Below are positions 21,666 to 32,130 of a DNA stretch of 64,000 bases, piece by piece. Each line of letters opens with the position of its first letter. Position 1 is the stretch's first letter. Below the pieces are notes generated by a model. That model did no database searches. It was not told the DNA's origin and worked only from the letters and a program-made list of their open reading frames with translations. The stretch is from the IMG/VR virus record IMGVR_UViG_3300042922_000542, positions 62,001 through 126,000 of that record. One strand, given 5' to 3'. The position numbers were made by a program, and so were the translations under genes.

Positions 21666-21944
21666 ATGCATAATAAACCAGTAGTCCTATGCACATGTAG
21701 ACCAAAAGGTTTTATTAAGTACTATTCATTTATAAAGAAACGTAAACTCGGTCCAGTAATAAACATATTAATGCAATTTAGATTTTCTCGATTCATCTAT
21801 AAATTCTTATTCAAACGGAATCTTGGCATTATAAGCAAAAATCAACGAGTATACGATGAATCATTAATCGCTGATGCAATCAATAATGTGAAAATACCAA
21901 AAGATGTACATTTTGTTGGAGAGATTGATCATCCGTTTGAATAA
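21666..21944 (+). CDS. Hypothetical protein
   Basis: SD GGAGGT; ends at a terminator-like hairpin near 21970-21998. Confidence 0.65.
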   Translation: MHNKPVVLCTCRPKGFIKYYSFIKKRKLGPVINILMQFRFSRFIYKFLFKRNLGIISKNQRVYDESLIADAINNVKIPKDVHFVGEIDHPFE

Positions 21945-21996
21945 TTATTACCATAAATAATAAAAATATGATGGGGTCTATTGTAGACCCCATCTA

Positions 21997-23229
21997 TTAT
22001 TTTAGTGCTTGAATATCTTGGATCACACTACGTGACACATTTTCAATATTTTTGAATAATGCATATAGTACATCATCCGAAGTATTGAGGAATTGTGGGA
22101 TCGTATCATCAGTAATAGTAATTACTGCATTAGTTAGATATATTGGTGGTAATAGCGAGAATATGCCATTAGGAATTGAACCAAATAAATCCTTTGAACC
22201 AATATTTCTAGATTGAATTAATGTATCTAATGTTTTTAATAAATCATGATTTGCTTCTGATATTCTTACTTTGTAAGCATCGATTTCAGTTTCATTGGAT
22301 TCGTCTTCATTTATTTTAAAATTATGAAATACCATGCCGTTATTGATTATATTAGATATAGAAGATCTATAAGATATCTTTAAATCTTCTGGATAATATG
22401 ATGCTTCTAGTGTATTCATATAATAAATTGGTAATTGAATAGCAAATTCTAATTCCAACGGTGTTTTTAGTCTTGACATTTGATGCATTTTACTTTCAAT
22501 GTCAGACTTATCAGCATTAAACAAATTACATTTAATTTGACTTCTCGCAATATTATCAAATTTTGAGAAACCGATTAGACCACATTTAAATATCTGATTA
22601 TTCTCAGCTTTTAACGGGAAGTACTTTGTTGTATTTATTAATTTCTCATATTTGTCATTGTATTTAATATCAGCAGTATTCTTTTGGATTGTTATATATA
22701 TTGCGGATTTCAACATAATGAACTTATCTTCATCTGGTATATGATTTAGTGTTGCCGGATAATCTGGTGTAAATAATTCATTAACCTCGTTAGATGACAA
22801 CATATCTAGCACGTCTATAAATGATAACGGTATTTGAATATCATATGTGGATGTAATCATTGGTATAAATAATCTAGGACAACCTTCTTGAATGATATCA
22901 TTATCTGCAACCATTTGTGTAGTCAATGAGATAAATTGTTCGATCGTATCAGATACTTGTTTTACATTTTCAGGTAAAAACAGATCTGCTAATTCAGTTT
23001 CTGGTATTTCTCGTGTAGTATGTATAGGTCTAATACGTAGCTTATTCCTATATAGCTGTGTTAATCTATAAACATCATAAAAATTAACGTTGTCTATATT
23101 AACAAGGAAAAAGAGTTCATCGTTAATAAGACTGGCTAGAGGGGAATGATTTTTCAAGTCAACTTTATTATTTATTGCCCATTTTAACAAATTATTAGAT
23201 CCTGATTCACGTATAGATGATATATTCAT
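21997..23229 (-). CDS. Hypothetical protein, possible degenerate tandem ThyX (Thy1) fold
   Basis: 410 aa, SD GGAGGT. Two segments echo ThyX spacing (HSPL...FFLVNIDNV...RLFIPMITST and LEFAIQLPIY...SLLPPIYLTNAVITI). The RHR motif is absent. The CDS is solid; the fold call is weak. Confidence 0.7.
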   Translation of the reverse strand: MNISSIRESGSNNLLKWAINNKVDLKNHSPLASLINDELFFLVNIDNVNFYDVYRLTQLYRNKLRIRPIHTTREIPETELADLFLPENVKQVSDTIEQFISLTTQMVADNDIIQEGCPRLFIPMITSTYDIQIPLSFIDVLDMLSSNEVNELFTPDYPATLNHIPDEDKFIMLKSAIYITIQKNTADIKYNDKYEKLINTTKYFPLKAENNQIFKCGLIGFSKFDNIARSQIKCNLFNADKSDIESKMHQMSRLKTPLELEFAIQLPIYYMNTLEASYYPEDLKISYRSSISNIINNGMVFHNFKINEDESNETEIDAYKVRISEANHDLLKTLDTLIQSRNIGSKDLFGSIPNGIFSLLPPIYLTNAVITITDDTIPQFLNTSDDVLYALFKNIENVSRSVIQDIQALK

Positions 23230-23367
23230 TATTAAACCTCCATTGATAATTGTATATTATATTAAATATATATCAATCATAAATCATAATTTTATTAAGA
23301 AAGGAATGAAGAACTAATGATATATTATAATAAAAATAAAGAATTCTTCATTAGGTTGATTTAAGCT

Positions 23368-23601
23368 ATGAGTGGTAATGAACCAAAAATATCAAAAGAA
23401 GATATGTCTGCTCTAGCAAAACATATAGAAGATTACCTTGAGGTGTTTTTGGAGGTGTTTATAATACCTGAGAACATGCGCAATCAAGAGGATAAAATAT
23501 ATGATTCAATCAATGTAGTAAAAAAATTAATAAAGAAATTACGAAAGGGAGATAAATCGGTTTTTGAGGATGTTGATGATATTGAATTCATAGACGAATA
23601 A
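23368..23601 (+). CDS. Hypothetical protein
   Basis: 77 aa, preceded by a TGATATATTAT motif variant; operonic with the next two genes. Confidence 0.7.
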   Translation: MSGNEPKISKEDMSALAKHIEDYLEVFLEVFIIPENMRNQEDKIYDSINVVKKLIKKLRKGDKSVFEDVDDIEFIDE

Positions 23602-23633
23602 AATCGATATTATTTATAAGGAGGATTTAAAAT

Positions 23634-24653
23634 ATGTTAGAAAAGTTAAGAATAATCGTATTTCCGAATAGTGATGATGACGAGTGCAAAGATATTGTAA
23701 TGTCGACGGTGGATAAGGTTTACGTAAATAAAACAGGGGACCTATATCATATCGATTATAAGTTGAAAGATTATTTACAATTAAACTTGGATGCATTTGC
23801 AAAAACTGTATCCGAAATGTTTAAGAAAAATGTACCAGGTTCAGTATTTGAATTAGATGTTATAGGGAGAATAGATCCGGATGACATCCCATTAGGTATG
23901 AATTCAACTATAAATCCGACACAAATATTAAAAATTCATATATTACAAAATGCATTTAAACTTAATAGCACAAATATAATTATGAAAAGACATAAACCTA
24001 TTGCGTTGGGTGATACTAATATAACACCATTCACTTTCGAATCTGCTAACACCGAATCATACATTGAAGATGATGAGGATGATTATGAGGATGAAGATGA
24101 TGATTATGAAGATGATTTATCAAGAGACGATCAGTATTTCATGGAAGATGAATTATATGAAGATGCAGATGAAGATGAGACATTAGATACAATTAACAAG
24201 ATACTCGGAATGTCTGGAGATATTGGAAATACATACGATAGTTCCGGATTATTCAATAGTGATAAGATGATATATGAAAAGACTAAGAAGCGCAAATCAT
24301 ATCCATCCTCGAAAATATTGAAATCTGCGAAACATGCCAAAAAAGATATAAAGAACCATGGTATTATTATACAATCCGGAAAATCCCGTGATAAGGATGA
24401 AGAAATAATTAGATCATTCCTAAAGGATTTTATTCCAGGTAAATCCAACTGGATTAAATCATATAGAAAAATCATATTGAAAAGATGGATGAATCAATAT
24501 GCTATAACTAAAAAGGCTGCTAAAAAATATGAAAAGCAAAGTCAATTGGTTAAGAAAACAAATAGAAAGGGTACTGTATCCATTGATACCGCATCAAAGG
24601 TAACACGTAATATATTAAAACATTATAATCCCTTCTACGATACTTCTAAATAA
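23634..24653 (+). CDS. Hypothetical protein with acidic tract and basic C-terminus
   Basis: SD AAGGAGGA; EDDEDDYEDEDDDYEDD tract followed by a Lys-rich tail. Confidence 0.8.
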   Translation: MLEKLRIIVFPNSDDDECKDIVMSTVDKVYVNKTGDLYHIDYKLKDYLQLNLDAFAKTVSEMFKKNVPGSVFELDVIGRIDPDDIPLGMNSTINPTQILKIHILQNAFKLNSTNIIMKRHKPIALGDTNITPFTFESANTESYIEDDEDDYEDEDDDYEDDLSRDDQYFMEDELYEDADEDETLDTINKILGMSGDIGNTYDSSGLFNSDKMIYEKTKKRKSYPSSKILKSAKHAKKDIKNHGIIIQSGKSRDKDEEIIRSFLKDFIPGKSNWIKSYRKIILKRWMNQYAITKKAAKKYEKQSQLVKKTNRKGTVSIDTASKVTRNILKHYNPFYDTSK

Positions 24654-24674
24654 ATAATTGGAGGAAATAAAGGT

Positions 24675-24941
24675 ATGGACAATAAACCAAAAAACGCATT
24701 GGGTGGAAGACTTACCGATGTCGTATTATCAGCGTTAACAAGTGAAAACATTCAATCATATGTATTGGGTACTAAGAAAAATGGTAAACCTAGATCGATA
24801 TATGATATAATGAGTAAAAGCAGCTTAAAAAAGAAAAAGAAGAAAAAGAAAGCTGATGATGCATATTCTTTATATCGTCAAGTCAAAAAAGGTAAGAAAA
24901 AGAAGAAAAAGAAAAATACTAAACACTGGAAATTTGATTAA
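24675..24941 (+). CDS. Small Lys-rich basic protein (possible nucleic-acid binder)
   Basis: SD GGAGGA; two poly-Lys runs (KKKKKKKK and KKKKKKK). Confidence 0.75.
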   Translation: MDNKPKNALGGRLTDVVLSALTSENIQSYVLGTKKNGKPRSIYDIMSKSSLKKKKKKKKADDAYSLYRQVKKGKKKKKKKNTKHWKFD

Positions 24942-25055
24942 TAAAAATAATTATAATAGGTGATGTCAACACCCCCTTACATCACCTATTAATTTTATTG
25001 ATTATTTTTTGTTACCAAGTATTATATAATACTTGTGTTAGAAAATTAATTAAGG

Positions 25056-26945
25056 ATGGATTTTATTATGATATATGGGCATAATCCAATACTATTAAAT
25101 TGCACGTACATTAAACCTGATAAGAAAAAAGGTATTGAGGAACATTTTGAAGTTATTTATAAGAGTGAAGATGGTGTAGTTAGGAGATCAATTGAACCTC
25201 CTGATGTTGATATATATTTTGTAAAACCCGAATTTAGGAATTTTAATTATAACAAACCCGAAGAGAGAATCGAAAGATTGGAAAAACGCCGGGTTAAATT
25301 TAGTAATATTAAATATGAAATTGCTAATGAAATAGGTGAATCAGGTCGTAATTATGTAAAATATTGTTTTGAAAATAAAGATCCCAAAGCTTTAGATAAA
25401 TTATATGCATGGCCATACTCATTTAAAGCAGATTTTCAAGCTGAGTTTTACTATATGCAGGAATGGCAAGAAAAATATGGAACACCTGAGTCCATCAAGT
25501 TAACAAAGTCGTTTATGGATATCGAGACCGATGTTATAGATAATATGATTGATATGGATAATCTTCAATATAGTGCAAATTGTCCAGTTAATGCAGTTTC
25601 AGTTGTAATGGAAGAACAGAAGGAATGTTATTTATTCATTCTAAGACCGTATAAACCATCAAGGATGGGATATACTGAAGCTGAATATAGCGAAAGATAT
25701 AAACTATATGAAAAACAATTAGCAGATCATGAAAAATTAATGGCAGATCCCAAATCATTTATAGATGAACTTCATGAATCATTTGATGCAACATATGGTA
25801 AACTTGATTATCATTTACGCGAATATGAAAAAGAAATTGAATTGATTGCAGATATATTCAGATATATTAATGATAGAAAACCGAATTTCTGCGGTATATG
25901 GAATATGCGATTTGATATTCAGTATCTCATTTATAGAGTAATGAATCTTGGATATAATCCCGCCGATATAATGTGTCATTCCGATTTCAATAATAAAAGA
26001 TGTTATTTCAAAACAGATAAATCCACATTTAAAATAGAGAAACAGTTCGACTATTTCTATTGCAGTAATTATACACAGTTTATTTGTGAAATGAGACTCT
26101 ATGCATCTATACGTAAATCACAACATATGTTGAAATCAGTTAAATTAAATGACATTGCTGAACGTGAATTGAAAGATAGAAAAGTTGAGTATCAAGAAGA
26201 AAGTAATTTTAGAACATTCCCGTATAAAGATTGGCGTAAATTCCTAAAATACAATATAAAGGATACTCTATTATTGATGGGAATTGAGAGAAAGACAAAT
26301 GATATGTTAACATATTATCTTCGATCTTATTCCAACTTAACACCATATGCAAAAATATTTAGAGAAACGCATTTACTGCGTAACGTTCGTGAAATGTACT
26401 TTAATAGAGATGGCTGGGTACAGGGTAATAATATAAACATTATCGGACTGGATGATAATCAAATTGACTTATTTGAAGTAATAGACGATGATGAAGATGA
26501 GGATGAAGAAGAAAAGGTTGAGATAAAAGAATCATCCTTTAAGGGTGCTATTAATGCAAACCCAATATGGAATGATAGAGTTGGAGTCGAAATATTTAAT
26601 AGATTATCCAATATATTATTTGAAAATTGTATAGATTTTGATATGGGTGCGTTTTATCCATCTATTAAAATATTCTCTAATATGGACCCAATCACACTGC
26701 TATATAAAGCTTCATTTGTGAATGATGAATTTATCAATGGTGCCAAAATTAACCGTTCATTGAATACAACATATGTAGAGAAAGATAAAAATAATAATCT
26801 TCGAAATAATGATATCACGGGTGAGGCTATAAATACATATGTTAGTGGTAATATATTAACATTCGGATTCAATTGGTTGGGAATGTGTGATATCACTGAG
26901 TTATATGATAAATGTAAAAAAGCATGTAAATTAAATAAAGAATAA
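25056..26945 (+). CDS. Family B DNA polymerase, N-terminal half (3'-5' exonuclease + motif A) of a split enzyme
   Basis: ExoI SFMDIETD, ExoII GIWNMRFDIQYL, ExoIII KYNIKDT, motif A IDFDMGAFYPSI...NMDPIT. The ORF ends about 75 aa later without motif B (KxxxNSxYG) or motif C (YxDTDS). Confidence 0.85.
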   Translation: MDFIMIYGHNPILLNCTYIKPDKKKGIEEHFEVIYKSEDGVVRRSIEPPDVDIYFVKPEFRNFNYNKPEERIERLEKRRVKFSNIKYEIANEIGESGRNYVKYCFENKDPKALDKLYAWPYSFKADFQAEFYYMQEWQEKYGTPESIKLTKSFMDIETDVIDNMIDMDNLQYSANCPVNAVSVVMEEQKECYLFILRPYKPSRMGYTEAEYSERYKLYEKQLADHEKLMADPKSFIDELHESFDATYGKLDYHLREYEKEIELIADIFRYINDRKPNFCGIWNMRFDIQYLIYRVMNLGYNPADIMCHSDFNNKRCYFKTDKSTFKIEKQFDYFYCSNYTQFICEMRLYASIRKSQHMLKSVKLNDIAERELKDRKVEYQEESNFRTFPYKDWRKFLKYNIKDTLLLMGIERKTNDMLTYYLRSYSNLTPYAKIFRETHLLRNVREMYFNRDGWVQGNNINIIGLDDNQIDLFEVIDDDEDEDEEEKVEIKESSFKGAINANPIWNDRVGVEIFNRLSNILFENCIDFDMGAFYPSIKIFSNMDPITLLYKASFVNDEFINGAKINRSLNTTYVEKDKNNNLRNNDITGEAINTYVSGNILTFGFNWLGMCDITELYDKCKKACKLNKE

Positions 26946-26981
26946 AATGAGATGGGTTTGATACCCATCCCATTTATTTTT

Positions 26982-27443
26982 TTACATAAATTTAGCGCAT
27001 ACACCTATAGTTTGATATTGTTCAGTTTCACAATTTGCATTCGTAGCAACTGTATTTACAGTTTCTCCTACATCACCTGCGGCATCTATACTTAAATATG
27101 AAGTTACTTGATTATCATCATTGTCGGTAGTTAATTCATTAGCAACTTTATTAACTGGATTGAATTCATCGATATCGAATTTTTCGAATACAGCATTAGT
27201 TATATGCTCACGCAATCTACTTGTAATTGGATTTACTAATGATACAACAACATGCTCACCTCTAGTTTTATTTGGGTTTATCTTCTCTTCAGGAAACACG
27301 ATAAATCGTTTTGAATCTGTAACGATCACTTTAATTCCTGTTATGATGAGCTCCTTATCTAATATGACCTTTGCATATGCTTTTACCTTTTCACTTGATG
27401 GTCTGTTACGTAAATAATTAAATGACACGCTTGTTACTTCCAT
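26982..27443 (-). CDS. spoVG: SpoVG-family nucleic-acid-binding protein with C-terminal extension
   Basis: KVKAYAKVILDKELIITGIKVI...FIVFP...VNPITSRLREHITNAVFEKF aligns by eye with the SpoVG consensus. Confidence 0.75.
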   Translation of the reverse strand: MEVTSVSFNYLRNRPSSEKVKAYAKVILDKELIITGIKVIVTDSKRFIVFPEEKINPNKTRGEHVVVSLVNPITSRLREHITNAVFEKFDIDEFNPVNKVANELTTDNDDNQVTSYLSIDAAGDVGETVNTVATNANCETEQYQTIGVCAKFM

Positions 27444-27577
27444 GATTAAAATCTCCCTTTTCTATAATAGATTTTTTTAGACTTAACATAATAGTTAGTG
27501 CTATATTATTGAAATAAAACAAAATTATATATTCTAATAATATGGATTGATTATAATATAAGAAGGAGCAATATATT

Positions 27578-30058
27578 ATGGCAAAATTTGTAGACGATAA
27601 ATATCAACATTTAGAGTCAGATGTTGATAAACTTCGACAGAAATTCCGAATGTATATTTCATTTTCAAATGAATTAGCAGCCAAGAGTATAGTATTAGAG
27701 ATTTTATATAATGCTATAGATGAGTGTGAAAACCCTCTATCCCCTGCTGATACTATTCAGGTCGAATATGATGAAAGAAATGACACTATTAAAGTTACCG
27801 ATAATGGTAGAGGTATACCAACAGCACAATTAGAAAAAGTATTAACTACGCTTAATAGTGGATCAAATATTGATTCAGGTGCAAAAGCATCTTTAAAAGC
27901 AAGAACGCTTGGTCGTAATGGAACTGGTACGCTGGCATTTACAGCATTGTCTGAAAGGATGGAAATATTTTCATATAGGGGTGGTACCGAAAATTTATGT
28001 AAACATATGATATTCGAGGAAGGTCGAAAGGTATTCGAAGAAGTAACATCATGTGATTCATCAAAACATGGTTTAACTGTGTATTGCAAACCGTCTAAGA
28101 TATTAGGTAAATCGACTAGAATTGTATGGGATCAGATCTATAACGAGCTTGTCAATTTACAATTTCAAAATAATAAGAAGATAAAAATGTCTTCAATATA
28201 CATCGATAAAAAAGGTATTGTTGAAACAGAGAGATACGTATCACAGCCATTCGAATCAATATTAGTACATAAAAATGATAAATCATCTCTAATAAGTGAT
28301 AAAATAATGATAAATATATCCGGTGATGATATTCAAGAAGAAGTTGGTGGAAAGGTGTATAACAGATTCATTGATATGGATATTGCGTTTGTATACACAA
28401 ATAATATGACACCGTATATCGATAGTTTCTGTAATAGTAATAATACCATTGATAACGGATCACACCTTGATGGAGCATTAGAGGGAATTTGCCGTTATTT
28501 CCAAACAGTTACTAAAAATAGTTTATCCGATCGTGAACGCGATAAATTAGATGTTAAATGGGATGATGTTAAATCAGGATTATCTATCGCAATCAATTTA
28601 GGTACTAATATGGAGGAAATATTCACTTCACAGACAAAACATAAAATCCTTAATGAGGATTTTGAAAAGATGATTAAGGATAAAACTGTGGATTCACTAC
28701 AGAGTTATTTTACCAAGAACCCTAGTCAATTGAGGGAATTAATAAACATTGTCAAAATGAATGCTAAGGTTCGACGTGAAGGTGACAAAATTAGAAATGC
28801 TGTAATTAAAGAGAGTATAACAAACTGGTCATCATATAAAATGGATAACTACGATCCGTGTACTAATAGGGGTAAAGAATATAAAGAGTTATACATCATT
28901 GAAGGTAAATCAGCTAAAGGTTCTCTAAAACAAGCCAGGGATCCAAAATTTCAAGCACTGTTTGCAATACGTGGAGTTTCTGCAAATGTATTCAAAATGG
29001 ATCTAGATGCTATATTGAAAAATACTGAATTTAAAAATCTTATTACAGTTATGGGATGTAATGTTGGATCTAAATTTGATTTATCTAAATTGCAATTCGA
29101 TAAGATTGTTATAGCAACAGATGCCGATGTCGACGGTCTTTTCATACGTTCATTATTATGTAGCTTCTTTATTAAAGTATTTCCTGAGATCATTTTGGAT
29201 GGAAGACTATTTATTGCAGAACCACCTTTGTACCGTGTTGATGATAAGAAAAATCCATTTGTAATAAATAGGGAAGATTACATCAATCGTTACATCACAG
29301 CTGTAGTGAAAGAATATCAATTATCGTTCTATGATAAAAAATTAGCTAAGAAAGGTGAACCTCAAATAGTTTTAGGTAAATCTGAATTAAAACAATTCTT
29401 AGCCGATACTAGTTCATATGTAGAAGATGTATTGTTACTTGCTAGACATTATAAAGTTCATAAACGATTAATTGAAATAATATTTCATGAATTGGCTGGA
29501 CTTATTGATATTGAAAAGGAATATAATACTGATGCCGAAATAAATGATCTATTGAAACAAGTTGATATTCAACATCTGATGACAGTAATAGGTGAAGACT
29601 TTGATGAAATTGTCTATGATGATAATAAAGAAATTATTAAAGGAATTATAGATGGTAAATATCAATCGATGGAATTGTCACAGCGTTTAGTACGTAAGGG
29701 TATAAATATTATCAAAATGATAAGATCATATAGTATGAAGACAATATCCATTATGTTAAAACATACTAAGACTGGAGCTGAACATATTCTGCCATTAATG
29801 ACATCATTAGAAATGTTAAAGAAATTCCAACCAGATATACTTCATAGATTTAAAGGTCTTGGAGAAAATAATCCAGATGATATAAGATTTACATTAATGG
29901 ATGCTAATACTAGAATGTTGATAAAAGTAATGATAAGTGATATCGAAAATGACTTAAAAGTATTTAATGTATTAAGAGGATCATCCCCTCAGGACGCTGC
30001 TGCAAGAAAGGCAATGATGGCAGGTTACCAAATTCCGAGGGAGTTACTTGATACGTAA
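27578..30058 (+). CDS. gyrB: Type IIA topoisomerase B subunit (GyrB/ParE-like)
   Basis: GHKL motifs EILYNAIDE, DNGRGIP, GRNGTG; TOPRIM IEGKSA, ATDADVDG; RFKGLGE. Confidence 0.92.
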   Translation: MAKFVDDKYQHLESDVDKLRQKFRMYISFSNELAAKSIVLEILYNAIDECENPLSPADTIQVEYDERNDTIKVTDNGRGIPTAQLEKVLTTLNSGSNIDSGAKASLKARTLGRNGTGTLAFTALSERMEIFSYRGGTENLCKHMIFEEGRKVFEEVTSCDSSKHGLTVYCKPSKILGKSTRIVWDQIYNELVNLQFQNNKKIKMSSIYIDKKGIVETERYVSQPFESILVHKNDKSSLISDKIMINISGDDIQEEVGGKVYNRFIDMDIAFVYTNNMTPYIDSFCNSNNTIDNGSHLDGALEGICRYFQTVTKNSLSDRERDKLDVKWDDVKSGLSIAINLGTNMEEIFTSQTKHKILNEDFEKMIKDKTVDSLQSYFTKNPSQLRELINIVKMNAKVRREGDKIRNAVIKESITNWSSYKMDNYDPCTNRGKEYKELYIIEGKSAKGSLKQARDPKFQALFAIRGVSANVFKMDLDAILKNTEFKNLITVMGCNVGSKFDLSKLQFDKIVIATDADVDGLFIRSLLCSFFIKVFPEIILDGRLFIAEPPLYRVDDKKNPFVINREDYINRYITAVVKEYQLSFYDKKLAKKGEPQIVLGKSELKQFLADTSSYVEDVLLLARHYKVHKRLIEIIFHELAGLIDIEKEYNTDAEINDLLKQVDIQHLMTVIGEDFDEIVYDDNKEIIKGIIDGKYQSMELSQRLVRKGINIIKMIRSYSMKTISIMLKHTKTGAEHILPLMTSLEMLKKFQPDILHRFKGLGENNPDDIRFTLMDANTRMLIKVMISDIENDLKVFNVLRGSSPQDAAARKAMMAGYQIPRELLDT

Positions 30059-30144
30059 ATCTTAAAAAATATATACAGGGATACTTCCCTGTATATATTA
30101 CTACAAATATTCTTTAAATATAAAAATCTCATGGGGGTAAAATA

Positions 30145-30915
30145 ATGAAATCATTTATAAAAAATCAATATCAAACATCAAACGATGATGGTAAAAAACA
30201 TATAATATTATGGTCAGGGGGTTGTGATTCATCACTATTGTTGTATGAACTATTAGATGCGTATGGAAGCGAAAATGTTATAGCTATAAGTTATAAATAT
30301 TCATGGTTAAATTCAACAAAAGCTGAAATCGAACATAACTATAGAGAAGCATTTAAAAATAAGATGAAATTACTCGGATCCAATTTTGCAAATTTTACTC
30401 ATCATGTATTTGAAATAAATGATGTTTGTGACTCAACTGATGTTCAATTACGACCAATGCATGGTCTACCGCAAGCATTAGGATGGTTATTTATGATACC
30501 GATGTATGCTAATGAAAATGCATACATTTACTCTGGATATATTAAAGATGATGACCTTACTACTTCTGGATTTAAAGAATACTATAATGATATATTTGAA
30601 TCAGTTAATAAGTTAATCGGAAGAGATAATATTTCGTTACGACTTCCATATATAGGTAAATCCAAAATTGATATTATCGAGAAACTTATATATCATGGCT
30701 TATATGATGTAGCGTGGTATTGTGAAATACCTAGTGATGATCATAATATGTGCATGAAATGCCATCCATGCAAAACGCACATGGCAGCATTGGTATATTT
30801 ATCGATGTTCAGTGAAGATGAATTAGTTAAGTTAACAGCTATACGTAAACTTGAATATATGAAATCATTACAAAATGAAAATAATAAACATGATGACACA
30901 TTGGAATTTGCATAA
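30145..30915 (+). CDS. QueC-like PP-loop ATPase with Zn site
   Basis: ILWSGGCDS PP-loop; PYIGKSKIDII; C-x9-CxxCxxC (WYCEIPSDDHNMCMKCHPC). Confidence 0.7.
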   Translation: MKSFIKNQYQTSNDDGKKHIILWSGGCDSSLLLYELLDAYGSENVIAISYKYSWLNSTKAEIEHNYREAFKNKMKLLGSNFANFTHHVFEINDVCDSTDVQLRPMHGLPQALGWLFMIPMYANENAYIYSGYIKDDDLTTSGFKEYYNDIFESVNKLIGRDNISLRLPYIGKSKIDIIEKLIYHGLYDVAWYCEIPSDDHNMCMKCHPCKTHMAALVYLSMFSEDELVKLTAIRKLEYMKSLQNENNKHDDTLEFA

Positions 30916-30949
30916 TTTTGGTAAAATATAATATTTTGGAGGGTTTGAT

Positions 30950-31165
30950 ATGGGTGCAATAAATAATATCGGTTTTGGGATATATCCAAAACAGAGTGAT
31001 GATCTAGGGAAACGGGTTATCGTTATATACAATTACGATAAAACTAAAATGGATTTCGGAAGAATTATTAGAGATGATATAGAGGATCCATCTAAAACCA
31101 TTATCAAATTGGATGATGATAGAATATTATTATCAACCGAATGTCAGTATAGTTTAGTCGATTAA
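30950..31165 (+). CDS. Small hypothetical phage protein
   Basis: SD GGAGGG; 71 aa ending TECQYSLVD. Confidence 0.75.
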   Translation: MGAINNIGFGIYPKQSDDLGKRVIVIYNYDKTKMDFGRIIRDDIEDPSKTIIKLDDDRILLSTECQYSLVD

Positions 31166-31193
31166 ATCTAATTAGTTATATCAATTGAAACGA

Positions 31194-31204
31194 TTATATA
31201 TTAT
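31194..31204 (+). promoter_or_regulatory. TTATATATTAT promoter-like motif
   Basis: Exact copy 37 nt before ATG 31241. Confidence 0.6.
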
Positions 31205-31240
31205 TATAATGAATACTAAGTAAAAGGAGTTTGATTAATT

Positions 31241-32017
31241 ATGGCTAGAAAACCTAAAGAAGACGAAATAGAATTAAGCGTGCAGAATGTACCTAAGAAA
31301 CAAACATTTGTAACTAGGTGGTTCAATGACAATTGTTCCAATAATGGAGCTGAAATCAGAACTATTTGTGAGCTAACTGCGCGTTCTGCTCAAGAGCAAT
31401 TCGGCATGAGTGTTAAATCATCAAATGTCGAGGTGTATTCAGTAATATTCTTCGCAACATTTATGAGTATACTTGAATTTGTTGCAGAGAAACAAAAGAA
31501 ATATAATAATTATACAATAGAAATCGCGAATTCAATTAATGTCGGTTATACAAATAACGATTCTGAAGAAAATGAAAAATTGGGTAACTTTCAACCGATA
31601 TTAGAATATATCGGTTCAAACAGAAACATTGTTAATTCATCGCATATAGAAGTTGATACAACAACAAAGAACTTTATATTGTGGAAAGAATTAAATATTA
31701 AGAAAAACATAGAACATTATAAAGAGATTCAAGAGAATGCCTATAATAAGTTACTTCAGGATTTTAGAACTGACATAAGAACATCAGAGGGTATCATTCC
31801 ATTATTCTGTATATTCTTAGATAACATGATTGGATTATTAAAAATGAAATATCGTGAAGCTGAAGGTACTGGAGTTTCTGAAGTTTCATTCAATGTACTA
31901 GGTCTATTTGATGCTTATTATTCATTCAATGATGAAGATAATAAAGAAATAATTGAGTATGATCCAAATATTTCTACTAAATTAGCTCTCAAGAATGATA
32001 ATACGGCAGCAAGATAA
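31241..32017 (+). CDS. Hypothetical protein
   Basis: SD AAGGAG; 258 aa between the topoisomerase subunit genes. Confidence 0.8.
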   Translation: MARKPKEDEIELSVQNVPKKQTFVTRWFNDNCSNNGAEIRTICELTARSAQEQFGMSVKSSNVEVYSVIFFATFMSILEFVAEKQKKYNNYTIEIANSINVGYTNNDSEENEKLGNFQPILEYIGSNRNIVNSSHIEVDTTTKNFILWKELNIKKNIEHYKEIQENAYNKLLQDFRTDIRTSEGIIPLFCIFLDNMIGLLKMKYREAEGTGVSEVSFNVLGLFDAYYSFNDEDNKEIIEYDPNISTKLALKNDNTAAR

Positions 32018-32130
32018 ATGAATATAAAGGAGATTTAGTTATAAGCTTATCTCCTTTATTTTTTAAAGATGTTATTATGACACCCCTTGTATATTAATGA
32101 CATAAAATACTAATGGAGGGAACATTGTAA

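Noticed and set aside
30145-30915. A complete 7-deazaguanine DNA modification cluster
   Set aside because: Only a QueC-like gene is present; no FolE, QueD, QueE or DpdA was recognised in the window.
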